Shown here in pieces: positions 47,382-58,473 of a stretch of DNA of 64,000 bases. This DNA comes from a virus: positions 1 through 64,000 of the IMG/VR virus record IMGVR_UViG_3300032323_000793, one strand, 5' to 3'. Position 1 is the stretch's first letter. The number at the start of each line of letters is the position of its first letter. Under the pieces are notes generated by a model that ran no database searches, had not been told where the DNA came from, and was given only the letters and a program-made list of their open reading frames with translations. Position numbers and translations under genes: made by a program.

Positions 47382-48600
47382 TAGGAAAAGTAATATCTCT
47401 TACTTTTTCAAAAAAAGCAATTTTATCTACACCTTCTCGATATAGTTTTTCGTTTCTGCCAGACTTTATCATTTTTTCAATGTAACTTTTCAACATATCA
47501 ATTCTTTCTCTGGTTCCGTTTCTTTCTAAGTACTCGAGATTATTTGATTCCCATTTAATATAATCCTCGTATATTTTAGTTTTAGTTTCTTGAGGAAGAT
47601 GTGTTGGATCAAAATACTTAGGATTATATACATAATTGAACATGGGATGGGGTTCAATCGATGTTAATTGTGTAGATATTTCTTTGTGCCAATCTAAAAA
47701 CTCTATAATTCTATCACAGTTTAATGAACTAAATGTTGCATGTATCTGTATGCTAATATTTCCTTGTTCTTTGGCCACAGTATTAATAGTTTCTAAATTA
47801 TCTATTAACTTATTCCATTTCATTGGATATCTAATAAATTCATTTAATTTACCGTAAGCATCAACACTTACGCACAAATAAACACGTTTGAATTCTTTCC
47901 AACAGTCTAATATTTCTCTTGGTGTTTTGGTAAGATTAGAATTATAACTTAATACTATGTTCTTAGATATTCCAAGGTCAATAAATTTTTGTAAAAATGC
48001 TTGATGATCAATTATTAAAGGTTCGCCGCCAACAATATGTATTCTTTCAACTTTGCTAACAAAAGGATACAATTTTTCAAGACAACTTCCGTCATGATAC
48101 CAATCTAACTTCATCATCCTATCATAATGCTCTATAGGTATTTGTTTGGTATCTAATTGTTCTTTTAGAAATAAAGTACTGTTAAATCCATTACACATTA
48201 CACATTTAAGATTGCATCTATTACCAAACGTGATATCTAGATAATAAAATTCTGCTTCTTTGATAGTGCCGTCTGCGTCACATTTTGAAATCCAATAGTC
48301 TTCATCCATTGAAACTCCGAAACTTTCGTTGAACCATTGTCTCCAACTTATTTTTCCGTTACTTTCAATCTCCCAACATTTTTTACAAGTAGGATGTTTT
48401 TTATCTTCTATAAAATATTTTCTTATTTCTTTGTGAAAATCATTATTAAAAGATTCTAAGACTTCAAATGTAGGATCGTTAAATTCTTTATTTTTTTCTA
48501 ATCTATCATATCCTTGATTATTACAACATATTCGTTGTCTACCTGCATTATCGAGACTAAACGCAGCAAAAGGATATAGGCAAAAATTTTTTCTAGTCAT
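47365..48600 (-). CDS. Twitch/SPASM radical SAM protein
   Basis: FCLYPF..ICC..CKKCW; CNLKCVMC; GGEP. Confidence 0.85.
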   Translation of the reverse strand: MTRKNFCLYPFAAFSLDNAGRQRICCNNQGYDRLEKNKEFNDPTFEVLESFNNDFHKEIRKYFIEDKKHPTCKKCWEIESNGKISWRQWFNESFGVSMDEDYWISKCDADGTIKEAEFYYLDITFGNRCNLKCVMCNGFNSTLFLKEQLDTKQIPIEHYDRMMKLDWYHDGSCLEKLYPFVSKVERIHIVGGEPLIIDHQAFLQKFIDLGISKNIVLSYNSNLTKTPREILDCWKEFKRVYLCVSVDAYGKLNEFIRYPMKWNKLIDNLETINTVAKEQGNISIQIHATFSSLNCDRIIEFLDWHKEISTQLTSIEPHPMFNYVYNPKYFDPTHLPQETKTKIYEDYIKWESNNLEYLERNGTRERIDMLKSYIEKMIKSGRNEKLYREGVDKIAFFEKVRDITFPTKTES

Positions 48601-49556
48601 TTTTCTTTAGTAATTAATATATCAGTTCCGCAATGACAATAGTCCTTTTGACAGGTAACATCGTTTAACGTTAATTTAAAAACATCAAATATGTTTCCCA
48701 ACGACGGTCCTTGGCCGCAACTTGCTGCTCTCATTGTTCCGCTAGGTGAAATAAAAATAGATTCCTGAACTTTACATTTCCATCCTTGGAAAAAATTCCT
48801 GTTTTCTGCTATAATTCTATTACTGTTCAAAGTTTTCGTAGTTCCATCATCGTATTTTTCTACAGAGGCAATTACTGTTTTTGGTTCAGGTTTATATATA
48901 GTTATCTTAGATTCAAAATTATTTTTTGATATAAAATCTGATATTCTAGGATCTTTGTATTTCCACGGGCCTGCCACGACACTCATTTCATCTAATAGCG
49001 GAACCCATTCAAGATTGTAGTTCTTTAATTTAGTTTTAATTTCATTTCCTACAACTAACATATCATCAAACTTTTCTTCTAATAGCATCATTCTCAAACA
49101 AAGATAATTTACTTTATTTTGTAAAAATTCTGCAATTTCTAAATAATTTGATTTATTTGCAAATTCAGGATGATAACTAGCAACTACATCATCAAACAAT
49201 TGATAATGTTTTTCCCACCAAGAAATTTTTCTACTTAGGTTTGTGTTAATTCCCAAAGTTACATTATGACCCAATCGATCTTTAAGAAAATTAGATACTG
49301 GTATTAAACCTTTCCACAGTGTAGGCTCGCCTCCACTATAATAAAACTTAAAATATACGTAACCATTATCTTGATAATATTTTATTATTTTTTCTAGATT
49401 CTCTATTAAAACATCAATTTTATCTTCATTGGTATAAGATCCACTCCAGTTTCCTTCGTTACAATAACTACATCTATAATTGCAAAAATTATTAACTTGC
49501 CATGTTACAGCAAGATACGGATTGTCCTTAGGAGAAATGGCTATTAGATTCGGCAT
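48597..49556 (-). CDS. Radical SAM protein with C-terminal Cys cluster
   Basis: CNYRCSYC; GGEPT; F.GWKC...ASC...C.K.YCHC. Confidence 0.85.
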   Translation of the reverse strand: MPNLIAISPKDNPYLAVTWQVNNFCNYRCSYCNEGNWSGSYTNEDKIDVLIENLEKIIKYYQDNGYVYFKFYYSGGEPTLWKGLIPVSNFLKDRLGHNVTLGINTNLSRKISWWEKHYQLFDDVVASYHPEFANKSNYLEIAEFLQNKVNYLCLRMMLLEEKFDDMLVVGNEIKTKLKNYNLEWVPLLDEMSVVAGPWKYKDPRISDFISKNNFESKITIYKPEPKTVIASVEKYDDGTTKTLNSNRIIAENRNFFQGWKCKVQESIFISPSGTMRAASCGQGPSLGNIFDVFKLTLNDVTCQKDYCHCGTDILITKEK

Positions 49557-51997
49557 GATATCTCAAAAAATGTAGACTCGAAATTTGTGCCTCTATGTTT
49601 GTCTAACAGTTTGTTAAACTCTAAAAATTCACCAATCTTGTCTTTTTGATATTCTTCACTGTAATAGTATTCGTAAATTTTTTGGAAAACTTCTTGTCCT
49701 ACATATCTGTTTAGATATTTCAATTGTCTCTCTGCTTCTTGCATTTTAATTACAGCATCATTCCTCATTTCGCTACTCCATATTGTAGTGCGCATAAAAT
49801 TTGGATTGTCTAAGAAAATAGGGTACCAACCTACGGGTCGATATTCTGCTTTGTTATCAAGATAACGCCATATATCTGGTAAAGAAAATAAATTATAAGC
49901 ACTAATTACAGAATAAACTACAATCTTAATATTTGGCAGGGCTGCAATGGCAGTAAAATTATTATCAAATTCTTGCCAATTTAGAGGATGTCTAACATAA
50001 TTTCCTTCATCCCCAACTCCATCTATGCTAATCTGTATTTCATTATTAGGAAAATGAGACATCAAATCTAACAATTCGCCTTCTGCTGTTGTACCGTTGG
50101 TAGTAAAACTTACAAAACAATCCGTATTGTTAGATTCTATGAGATTTTTTAGTAATGTTCTATTTTCTTTAATTAACGTAGGTTCGCCGCCTGTAAGATA
50201 TATTCTTTTAAGATTGCCCGATACCTTTTGCATAGTATCTTTATATGTTTCATTTTTAAACCATTTATTAATATCAGCAGGAATATTTCGTTCACTGGCC
50301 CACATTACTTGATATTTTTTATTTTCTGTCTCTTTGTCTAGAATACGTTGACGTTCTTCATTGACTTTGCTACTACTGCCGCCCCAACATGAATTACAGG
50401 CTAAATTACAAGTATTACCTAATCTTAATTCTAAACTAGTTAATTTGTCTAAAGATACTTTTGAATTGTGTAAAAATTCATTCACCGACTGTATAACATT
50501 AATATCAGATTGATATTTTTTATTAGATTCAGTTCTACTACTGCTACCAGATAATTTTTCGTGTCTATAACAGACTTGGCAGTCAGAGACTTCTTCACCC
50601 ACTAACATTTTCCAACGAGCATTTTGCATATGTTCGTTATTCCAAATTTCTTCTATAGAATCTTGTCCTAAATTAAATTCGGTACTGTCAGACTTTTTAA
50701 GGTGAGAATTATCTCGTACAGTACAACACAGTTTTACACTACCGTCTGTATTGCTGTTTAAATTAAAGAAAGGAAATACGCAAAATGTTTTAGATCTCAT
50801 CGATGGAATTTTTAAATGATCTCTAAGTTCTGGAAAAGTTTCAAAAAGATCTTCATTTCGAATACTATCAACTGACTGATTAACGTATCCAAATTTTTCT
50901 GTTAATTTAAATTTATTGTCTGGTTCAGTCATTAAAAAATTTATCACACTTTCAAACTGACTTATTACTGCCGTACTGGCTTCTGTATTTTTCATTACAG
51001 CCTTGGTCCATGTAATTAGTTCGTTCCATTTATCGATAATGACGTGTTTATTTTCTAAAACATTGGCCTGTTGACGAGGAGGCTGAGTTAGTATATTCAA
51101 TCTAATATTTTTAGGTTCTAATAATTCTTCTAGCACCCACTCTTTGTAAAAATCTGGAAAATGCCATACATTATAAAGACTTATAGTAGGAGTAATATGA
51201 AATTTTACGCCGGGCAATAGTTTTAATTTTTTTCTGTTCTCGACTATATTTTTCCAGACGGTGCCTTTTCGTAAATATTCTCCTCGTTCCCACGACGCAT
51301 CTAAACTAGCATATACTTCAACCCTATAAAATTTACTCCATAAATCAAAAAGATCTATCTGCTTATATTTTAAAGTGCTAAGATTTGTAGTATACATTAA
51401 CTTAACATCAAAGCGTTTCATCTCGATTAATTTTGTTAAGGCAGCATAATGTTCTTCTTGCATCAATGCTTCGCCGCCTGCAAAAACTATTTCTTCAGCA
51501 GTTTCTAATGCCTGTTCGTAATAGTTCCAAAATTTTTCTCTTGGTATTTGAATGATTCCAGGATCTGGTTGATTTTTTAAAAGTGGAATTTCAGGTCCCC
51601 ATTTGCTGCTTAATTCGGGGCCACATGTTCTACATTTAAAATTGCAGATGTTACTAAATCTAATATCAAGATATCTAACTTCACTCATTGTATCTTTTTT
51701 TGATTCAACAATAGGAATTAAATGTTTCTTGAATGTAGAACTAGTTGATTGCCTTAGTGTTTGAATTCCAGATTCTTCCAATTGGTAACAACGTTTGCAG
51801 CCCTCAGGACGTTCGTTGTTTAATAACTGACGTCTTAATTGTTTGTAAGAATCATTATTAACTAAGTCTTCAATATGTTCTTGATTAATGTTTCCAAGAG
51901 GTTTACTTGAATCGTACATACAGCAGGGGAAAACTGACCCATCGGGCCATGCATGAATTCCTACCCAAGGCTGTAAACAAAAATTGTCTTTATCCAT
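49544..51997 (-). CDS. Tandem double twitch radical SAM protein
   Basis: Two units, with CNFKCRTC/GGEA and CNLACNSC/GGEP, each preceded by FC..P..CC..C..C. Confidence 0.85.
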   Translation of the reverse strand: MDKDNFCLQPWVGIHAWPDGSVFPCCMYDSSKPLGNINQEHIEDLVNNDSYKQLRRQLLNNERPEGCKRCYQLEESGIQTLRQSTSSTFKKHLIPIVESKKDTMSEVRYLDIRFSNICNFKCRTCGPELSSKWGPEIPLLKNQPDPGIIQIPREKFWNYYEQALETAEEIVFAGGEALMQEEHYAALTKLIEMKRFDVKLMYTTNLSTLKYKQIDLFDLWSKFYRVEVYASLDASWERGEYLRKGTVWKNIVENRKKLKLLPGVKFHITPTISLYNVWHFPDFYKEWVLEELLEPKNIRLNILTQPPRQQANVLENKHVIIDKWNELITWTKAVMKNTEASTAVISQFESVINFLMTEPDNKFKLTEKFGYVNQSVDSIRNEDLFETFPELRDHLKIPSMRSKTFCVFPFFNLNSNTDGSVKLCCTVRDNSHLKKSDSTEFNLGQDSIEEIWNNEHMQNARWKMLVGEEVSDCQVCYRHEKLSGSSSRTESNKKYQSDINVIQSVNEFLHNSKVSLDKLTSLELRLGNTCNLACNSCWGGSSSKVNEERQRILDKETENKKYQVMWASERNIPADINKWFKNETYKDTMQKVSGNLKRIYLTGGEPTLIKENRTLLKNLIESNNTDCFVSFTTNGTTAEGELLDLMSHFPNNEIQISIDGVGDEGNYVRHPLNWQEFDNNFTAIAALPNIKIVVYSVISAYNLFSLPDIWRYLDNKAEYRPVGWYPIFLDNPNFMRTTIWSSEMRNDAVIKMQEAERQLKYLNRYVGQEVFQKIYEYYYSEEYQKDKIGEFLEFNKLLDKHRGTNFESTFFEISCRI

Positions 51998-53360
51998 AAT
52001 TTTTACACATCTCTAAAAAGTTTCTTAGTTGAGGGAAAGTTTCTTCAAAATTGGTTCCTCGTCTTCGATCATACTCGTTAAACCAATTATAAAAATCTTT
52101 TCTTCCTTCAGTTAATTTATCATTGCTATAGTTGGTAGTTTCCATGTACTTTACTACCCTTAAAAATTTTTCATATTCTAATTCACTAAATTTAAACCTG
52201 TTATTATCATCTAAATTATCTTTGATAAAATTTAAATGATTGTACATATAGGTCATAAATTCTTCTTTAGGCAATATATTCATATCATACTGCAACGGTT
52301 CTTTTAAAAACGGAGTATCAAATCTTACACGTTGCCATTTGTTTTGATTATTGCCATTATACTTTGTTCTCCACTCTAAAATTTTAGTTAGTAAAGTTGA
52401 AAAATTTGGAACCGTTAATATATTAAAGGTAATCATGAATGTTATAGGCAGATTTGTTTTAGTTAAGTAGGTATTGAGATTTCTTTCCCATAGTTCAATG
52501 TCTAATCCTGTTCGAATATACTCTGCTTGAGGACCCCAAGTATCCATACTAGTGAAAATTTTAAAATCTTTAATTTTTTTATTTTCTATTAAATTATTAA
52601 CCTTTTCAGTGAGTCTATCTAAAAGTATAGGCTTTACACCAAAATTACTGTTAATGTTAAGTTCGAGATCAGGCAACGGATTATTTTCTAAATCTTCTAA
52701 CAGACGCCAAGTGCTTTGTTGCAATAGAGGCTCGCCTCCTGTAATGCGCAGGATTGTTAATGTCTTGCGAACTTCAGGCCACCAACGCCACCATGCTTCA
52801 ACATAGGGATTTTCTTCTTCTTCGTAAATTTTAAACCAGTCAATGTCATTACGATGATTTTTGACCATATCATACGGTCCATGATCTTTTATTTCTTTGT
52901 AATAACTGCTCGAATGTTTAGGATGACAATAGCCGCATTTAAAATTACACTCGTTACCAAATGAAATTTCTATATACTGTGGACTAATATTTTGATCCCA
53001 GTCGCCATTTTTAATTTGATCGAATCGTTCAACATTATAAATGCTGGCATTTCTTTCTTTGCGATCACTGATATAATCTTCACCTAGTGCTTCTATATTC
53101 CAACAGTAATTACAGCCACTAGGTTTTCCTCCATTAAGCATTTCTAGTCTTTCCATTTTCTTTTGACTAGTATTATGCAAAGCACTAGCATCTATGGCAA
53201 TTTCTTCCAAAGGAATTTTATGAGGAGGCGGGTGATAGCAACTATGCGTTTCACCGGTCTGTAAGTAGATAGTGGTGTGATGCCATTTAGCCAAACAGAA
53301 CGTAGGACTAACTTCATTCATTATGGGGATGAATTTTTGAATCCTAGTCTTGTCTTGCAT
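51990..53360 (-). CDS. Twitch radical SAM protein
   Basis: FCLAKW..SCYH..CNYCW; CNFKCGYC; GGEP; D.RRG..F..TFP.L. Confidence 0.85.
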   Translation of the reverse strand: MQDKTRIQKFIPIMNEVSPTFCLAKWHHTTIYLQTGETHSCYHPPPHKIPLEEIAIDASALHNTSQKKMERLEMLNGGKPSGCNYCWNIEALGEDYISDRKERNASIYNVERFDQIKNGDWDQNISPQYIEISFGNECNFKCGYCHPKHSSSYYKEIKDHGPYDMVKNHRNDIDWFKIYEEEENPYVEAWWRWWPEVRKTLTILRITGGEPLLQQSTWRLLEDLENNPLPDLELNINSNFGVKPILLDRLTEKVNNLIENKKIKDFKIFTSMDTWGPQAEYIRTGLDIELWERNLNTYLTKTNLPITFMITFNILTVPNFSTLLTKILEWRTKYNGNNQNKWQRVRFDTPFLKEPLQYDMNILPKEEFMTYMYNHLNFIKDNLDDNNRFKFSELEYEKFLRVVKYMETTNYSNDKLTEGRKDFYNWFNEYDRRRGTNFEETFPQLRNFLEMCKNYG

Positions 53361-55320
53361 CAAATTGTTCCTTTAACCAATCAAAATTATTAATCATCGC
53401 TAATGCAGTTGGATTATTTTTATTCAGTTCTCCATATAATTTACCAGATTTTGCTCCTAGCATTGCATATTTTCCAAATGGTTTATCTTCCCCTTTGGAA
53501 CACCATGTCTGTAAACGTAAAGTTGTTTCTTCTTCGTCTTGACGTTCAATAACACGACTGGCTAATTTACAGCACTCTCTGAATGCACTTCTCCATGTAG
53601 AAAATTCATCTGTGTTAAAAGAATTTATATTAGAAACTTTATCTACTGCTTTAAACTTTTTAGAAATAGACGTTGTCATATCCGAAGTATCGACATTCAT
53701 ATCTACAACCATTTGTCTTGGTAGCAATTTAATACCACCATTACCATATTCTAAATTGTTAACAGGATTACGACTTTTCCATACATGCACACAATCAATA
53801 TCATACGAAGACATTACTAGATTAAAATCAAAATCATCTTCAATAATTGCATCTCCATCAACTACCCAGAACATATCTGTATTGCATAATTCTGCTGCTT
53901 TAATATGTGCTTGATGAATCCCTTTAACACCGTGTATTCGTTTTGCTCTAGGACATTTATCAAGTAGTTTTTTATAATTGGAATCTGCATTTGATTCATT
54001 ATAAGAAATAAAAACTACATCATATAGTTTATGTTTTGACACAGTCCTGTTGTGTTCTTTCTTTTCTATCAAAAATCTATGAATAAATTCTCTGTGGCTG
54101 ATCATTTTTTCTTTAGAAAATAAAGTTACTCCGTTTATAAAAATTTCTTTATCGTTGAATAGATTTTTAAAAACATGATTTTCATTTCTATCATGATCAT
54201 ATTTTCCATTATTAGGATCAAAATATAAATCAAAAACTGAATTATCAGTAACTTCGATCTCTGGCCAAATTCCCCAAAATAACGGCTGAGTTTCTGTTTT
54301 TATAATTTTTTCATAATCTTCATAGGTGTTAATCACGTAGCGATTATACCTGTAACAGGTCGCTATTTTGTCGTGTTCTTTTTTGTCCATGAGATATTGT
54401 CTATCAAACTCTTTTTTAGAAATAATTTTAGATTTAGAAAACAATGTAAGTCCGCTGAGATAATATTCAGACCCGTTACATAAGTTTTTAAAAACATGAT
54501 TTTCATTTCTATCATAATCATATTGTCCGTCGCTGGGGTCAAAATATAAATCAAAAACAGTTTCATCTAATACTTCAGTATTAGGCCATTGGCACCAAAA
54601 CATTTTTTGATTTTCTTTTTCTAAAATTTCTTGATATTCTTTGTAACTTTTAATATGATAACGGGGATATCTGTATCTGCTGGCTATCTTGTCATGCTCT
54701 TTTTTATCTACAGCATACTTGTTTTCAAATTCTCTTTTACTTAATTTTTTGTGCTTACTGTTAAGTAATATTCCGCCTACATAAGAAATTTGATCGTTAC
54801 ACAAATTTTTAAAAATATGATTCTCTTTTCTGTCATATCCTGTATAATCAAATATTGACTCGTCGATAATTTCTATTTCAGGCCATACTAACCAATATAT
54901 GTCATCTGTTATAGACTCATACTCTTCGTAAGTATTAGGTCTGTATATATTGTATCTTTTTGGGCGGCTTAGTTCTATATCTATTTCTTTTTTAGAAATA
55001 AAATATCTATACTCAAACTCTCTATCACTTACGTTTAATAATTTAGGAAATAGACAAACACCATCAAACATCTGTCCATTTTTAAAAACATGAACATACA
55101 TGTCATCCCATTTAGTTGCTCGATATTCTAATGGATCAAAAGATTTGTTAAGTTTTAAATCGTCCCATATTACCCAAAACATTTTTGTAAATGCTCTAGA
55201 CGATATATCCCTGTAAGATTTTACATGTTGTAGACGCTGCGCTAACGGGTATTGAGATTTTATCTCATTCCAGTCAGCATCATTGCCTGCATCTTTCGAA
55301 ACATAAAAAATATCATACAT
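53344..55320 (-). CDS. GT-A-like glycosyltransferase with four degenerate N-terminal repeats
   Basis: C-terminal DVVFISY.E...RIHGVKG...AH...FWVVDGD...YGNGG; about 100-aa repeats upstream; ATG at 55320. Confidence 0.65.
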   Translation of the reverse strand: MYDIFYVSKDAGNDADWNEIKSQYPLAQRLQHVKSYRDISSRAFTKMFWVIWDDLKLNKSFDPLEYRATKWDDMYVHVFKNGQMFDGVCLFPKLLNVSDREFEYRYFISKKEIDIELSRPKRYNIYRPNTYEEYESITDDIYWLVWPEIEIIDESIFDYTGYDRKENHIFKNLCNDQISYVGGILLNSKHKKLSKREFENKYAVDKKEHDKIASRYRYPRYHIKSYKEYQEILEKENQKMFWCQWPNTEVLDETVFDLYFDPSDGQYDYDRNENHVFKNLCNGSEYYLSGLTLFSKSKIISKKEFDRQYLMDKKEHDKIATCYRYNRYVINTYEDYEKIIKTETQPLFWGIWPEIEVTDNSVFDLYFDPNNGKYDHDRNENHVFKNLFNDKEIFINGVTLFSKEKMISHREFIHRFLIEKKEHNRTVSKHKLYDVVFISYNESNADSNYKKLLDKCPRAKRIHGVKGIHQAHIKAAELCNTDMFWVVDGDAIIEDDFDFNLVMSSYDIDCVHVWKSRNPVNNLEYGNGGIKLLPRQMVVDMNVDTSDMTTSISKKFKAVDKVSNINSFNTDEFSTWRSAFRECCKLASRVIERQDEEETTLRLQTWCSKGEDKPFGKYAMLGAKSGKLYGELNKNNPTALAMINNFDWLKEQFDARQD

Positions 55321-56230
55321 CTGCAGGCACCGGCATCCGGAAATAAGTGTCATTTAGATTCATAGTTTCATTATATAAATCCAAAGTATATTTGCTCTGT
55401 TGAGCATCTAGCCAAGGCCAATCTAATCCTAGATTGTATTTTATTTTTTCACCGAGATTTTTTATTTCATCAACTAAACCTTCTTCGTTGACTTCTTCGT
55501 ACGGTTTTCCGTACTGCTGCCATATATCTCTAAGTATTTCAAAATCTCTTACATCTACATAATTCCAGTCTGTGCAATTAGCCATCCATGTTCCTAATCT
55601 TGCACCGTATACTGCATAGATTCCATTTTCTTCATGACTGCCAACTGTAGACCACATACGCAATCTATGAATATTATGCCACCAAATTCTTTGTTGTATT
55701 TCTTGCGGAGGAACTTTGACACCGTCAAATAATGTCATTTTAACTCCTTCTCGGAATCCTGCTCTCCAAGCCTGGAATGGCGAACCTGTAATAACACTGT
55801 CGCTGAAACTTAGAGGAAAGTTACGATATCCATCTTCCCAACAAAAGTCTACTTGTCCACGGTCGCTATCAGAGTTTTCGTGAGTGCGCATGTTAAGGAC
55901 AAAATCTTTTTTCCAGATTTTTAATCCACCGTTGCCATAACGCAGTCCGTTAATAACGTTACGACCGCACCACCCGTAGACCTGTATTTTAGGATCGCTC
56001 ATATCGAGATCTATATTAAAAAACTTAGGATCTACTATATTGTCTGCATCTACTGTGATAAACCAATCAGTGTCTGATAGATTTGCAGCAGCCTTGTGTG
56101 CATGATCCGAACCCTTTACGCCGTGTACACGTTTAGCCCAAGGCACTTTACTGCAAAGGTCAGCATAATGGAGATCAGCATTTGGCTCATCGTAACTTAA
56201 AAAGATAACATCAAATTCAATTGTTTTCAT
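55313..56230 (-). CDS. GT-A-like glycosyltransferase
   Basis: DVIFLSYDE, RVHGVKG, ITVDAD (DxD), YGNGG, AWRAGFREG.K. Confidence 0.65.
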   Translation of the reverse strand: MKTIEFDVIFLSYDEPNADLHYADLCSKVPWAKRVHGVKGSDHAHKAAANLSDTDWFITVDADNIVDPKFFNIDLDMSDPKIQVYGWCGRNVINGLRYGNGGLKIWKKDFVLNMRTHENSDSDRGQVDFCWEDGYRNFPLSFSDSVITGSPFQAWRAGFREGVKMTLFDGVKVPPQEIQQRIWWHNIHRLRMWSTVGSHEENGIYAVYGARLGTWMANCTDWNYVDVRDFEILRDIWQQYGKPYEEVNEEGLVDEIKNLGEKIKYNLGLDWPWLDAQQSKYTLDLYNETMNLNDTYFRMPVPADV

Positions 56231-56804
56231 TTACAAGAATATATTTTTTAAAAATGCGACGTGTATATACACTAAATTTTTTAGGTAGTTTAATTTGAAA
56301 ACTTTTTTCTTCTTCGATTAACTGATTCAATTGTATTGAAAATTTTTCAAAAAGTATATTAGGATCATTGTACTCAGTAATGTAAAAATCCATTATGGTA
56401 TCACCATTATAGTGAATTCTTTTTTTAGATTTTACTTTATCTGACAAAGAAAAAATTAAATTATCTCCCTTAACTTTTACAGTCAAATCAGGGTCTTTTG
56501 AATCAGCCCAATAACTATCTATTATTCTGTGTAGGACATCATCAATTTTAATTAAAGATTTAATTTCTATTATTTCAAGGGTGTCTGATTCAAAATCAAT
56601 ATAACAGTTAGCCAAGGATATTCTTCCATCACCGATGGCTTCTCCTATTTCTTGATCTATTTTAATTTTATGTTCGAAGTTATCTGCAGATTGGTTAGGA
56701 TATATTCCTTTTACTTTACCTGTTTCAGGATCGTAAACTGCCCAATACTCAATTTCTATTTTATGATCTTGATACCATTTATCGAAATCAATTACTTCTT
56801 CCAT
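56217..56804 (-). CDS. Hypothetical protein
   Basis: Overlapping operon member. Confidence 0.6.
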   Translation of the reverse strand: MEEVIDFDKWYQDHKIEIEYWAVYDPETGKVKGIYPNQSADNFEHKIKIDQEIGEAIGDGRISLANCYIDFESDTLEIIEIKSLIKIDDVLHRIIDSYWADSKDPDLTVKVKGDNLIFSLSDKVKSKKRIHYNGDTIMDFYITEYNDPNILFEKFSIQLNQLIEEEKSFQIKLPKKFSVYTRRIFKKYILVNENN

Positions 56805-57619
56805 GCCGTTTCCTCGAGTATGTTGATTATCTCATCTAGGATGATATCTTTATTAACATAATGTATGAGATCTTTCTGTTGAAAATTTCCTATTTTTAAA
56901 CCTGTTTTATTAAAATAAAATCCCACATGATTGGTCCATTCGTCAGCGGGCCATGGCCAATTTTGCACTTGACCTTTCATGTGTACTACATTAGGAAATT
57001 CTAATTTAGGAAATTCTAGTTCTAATAATTTTGCAGATAGAGCAAATGCTTCATCTGTACCGATTATTTTAGGTTTAAACTCGTTGAGAAAACCGTTAGA
57101 AAATTCTGTTGGATTATTATAGATTTCTCTCTGTAAATTAAAAAATTCTTTTACTTGATCTGAATCTCTTTTGAAAAAAGTATAATAACTATATAGGTTT
57201 GGTAAGTTATTGGCTGTAAATGTTTTTCTGTAGTAATCAGAAGTTACAGGCTCGCCTCTATAGGTAAATGCTCTGTCTGTAATAAACAAATCTGTATTTT
57301 CAATAAAATACTCTACCCAATGACTACAATCATTTAAAAACAGCATGTCAACATCTAAACAGACTGTGTAATCAAAAGGACTTAATTGGTCCATATAACT
57401 TCTGCCAGACCAGCCAGTATGTTCTTGATGTTCTAGTATTTGATCAAATACCCACGAAGATGTAAAATTTTTTGCCGACTGCACATCATCTGTGACCAGA
57501 CAAACTTGATCATACCCTTCTTTCTGTGTGTTTTTTATACTCAACGCAAGGGCATAGGCTAATTTGTTATAATCAACAGATTCGTTTTTTGAAGTGATTA
57601 GTAAATATCCAAATTTCAT
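56792..57619 (-). CDS. GT-A (GT8/nucleotide-diphospho-sugar transferase-like) protein
   Basis: A.ALA.SI, SPFD.TV.LDVDM (DxD), D.AF, VHMK, HY..K. Confidence 0.65.
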   Translation of the reverse strand: MKFGYLLITSKNESVDYNKLAYALALSIKNTQKEGYDQVCLVTDDVQSAKNFTSSWVFDQILEHQEHTGWSGRSYMDQLSPFDYTVCLDVDMLFLNDCSHWVEYFIENTDLFITDRAFTYRGEPVTSDYYRKTFTANNLPNLYSYYTFFKRDSDQVKEFFNLQREIYNNPTEFSNGFLNEFKPKIIGTDEAFALSAKLLELEFPKLEFPNVVHMKGQVQNWPWPADEWTNHVGFYFNKTGLKIGNFQQKDLIHYVNKDIILDEIINILEETAWKK

Positions 57620-58473
57620 ATTAGTTTAAGCAAAACTTCACTGTTCCTTATCAAACTCTGTTTGTTCATAACGTGAACATCTTGATTCTTAATAGAGATT
57701 GCAACGTAATCGTCGTTACCTTGATTAACTAAAAAAATCAATTTTCCGTTAGCATCTATATCTACTAACAGATCTTTATCTGTGGTTGTAGGAATTGGTG
57801 GTAAACTTTGTTCTTTTGATTTACTATAACCATCTAATATGTGTTTAGCGACACTGAATGAAATATCGTTCCTGTATGGCCTAGGATAAAATCTAAAAAG
57901 GTCACAATAATAAGAATAGTTTTCTTTGATATAGTCTACTAAATCAAAGAATATTTTTGTATTTTCGTTTTTTGTAAAAACTACATTAGTAGCCCAATAT
58001 AAATTAGGACCGGTGTCTGAAACATACTTATCTAAGGTTCCTACTCGATTTCCACCCAAATCAATCATCGATTCTCCTATCATTAAATCGATATCACAAT
58101 CAATATGAGACTTTAATCTATCTGAAAAAATTAAAAAGTCACTATCAATTAATAATGTTCTATCATAAGGAGTTAAGTTCCAAACTGAATATCTATTATT
58201 ATTGATAAAAGGAACATTGTCTATAAGATTACCATCGCTCAATGTTCTATAATTTTCTGAGTAGGGACGTTCAGTTATAATTATTTGATCAAAAACAGAT
58301 TCAGCATCTTTTATAGAATTACTACTGCTCATCCAATCCATGGTAGATTGGTCAGTGATTAATGAAACTGGCAGTTGAAGATGCTTCTTCGCTAGTCCTC
58401 CAGCAATTATAGACATAAGACTATAATCAACCTTTCGACTGTTGTGAGCAAAAATAACTATTCCTTTTTTCAT
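57616..58473 (-). CDS. GT-A-like protein, paralogue of the neighbouring gene
   Basis: TPYDRTLLIDSDF (DxD), WAT...F.K, RND..FS.A, HVMNK. Confidence 0.6.
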   Translation of the reverse strand: MKKGIVIFAHNSRKVDYSLMSIIAGGLAKKHLQLPVSLITDQSTMDWMSSSNSIKDAESVFDQIIITERPYSENYRTLSDGNLIDNVPFINNNRYSVWNLTPYDRTLLIDSDFLIFSDRLKSHIDCDIDLMIGESMIDLGGNRVGTLDKYVSDTGPNLYWATNVVFTKNENTKIFFDLVDYIKENYSYYCDLFRFYPRPYRNDISFSVAKHILDGYSKSKEQSLPPIPTTTDKDLLVDIDANGKLIFLVNQGNDDYVAISIKNQDVHVMNKQSLIRNSEVLLKLI

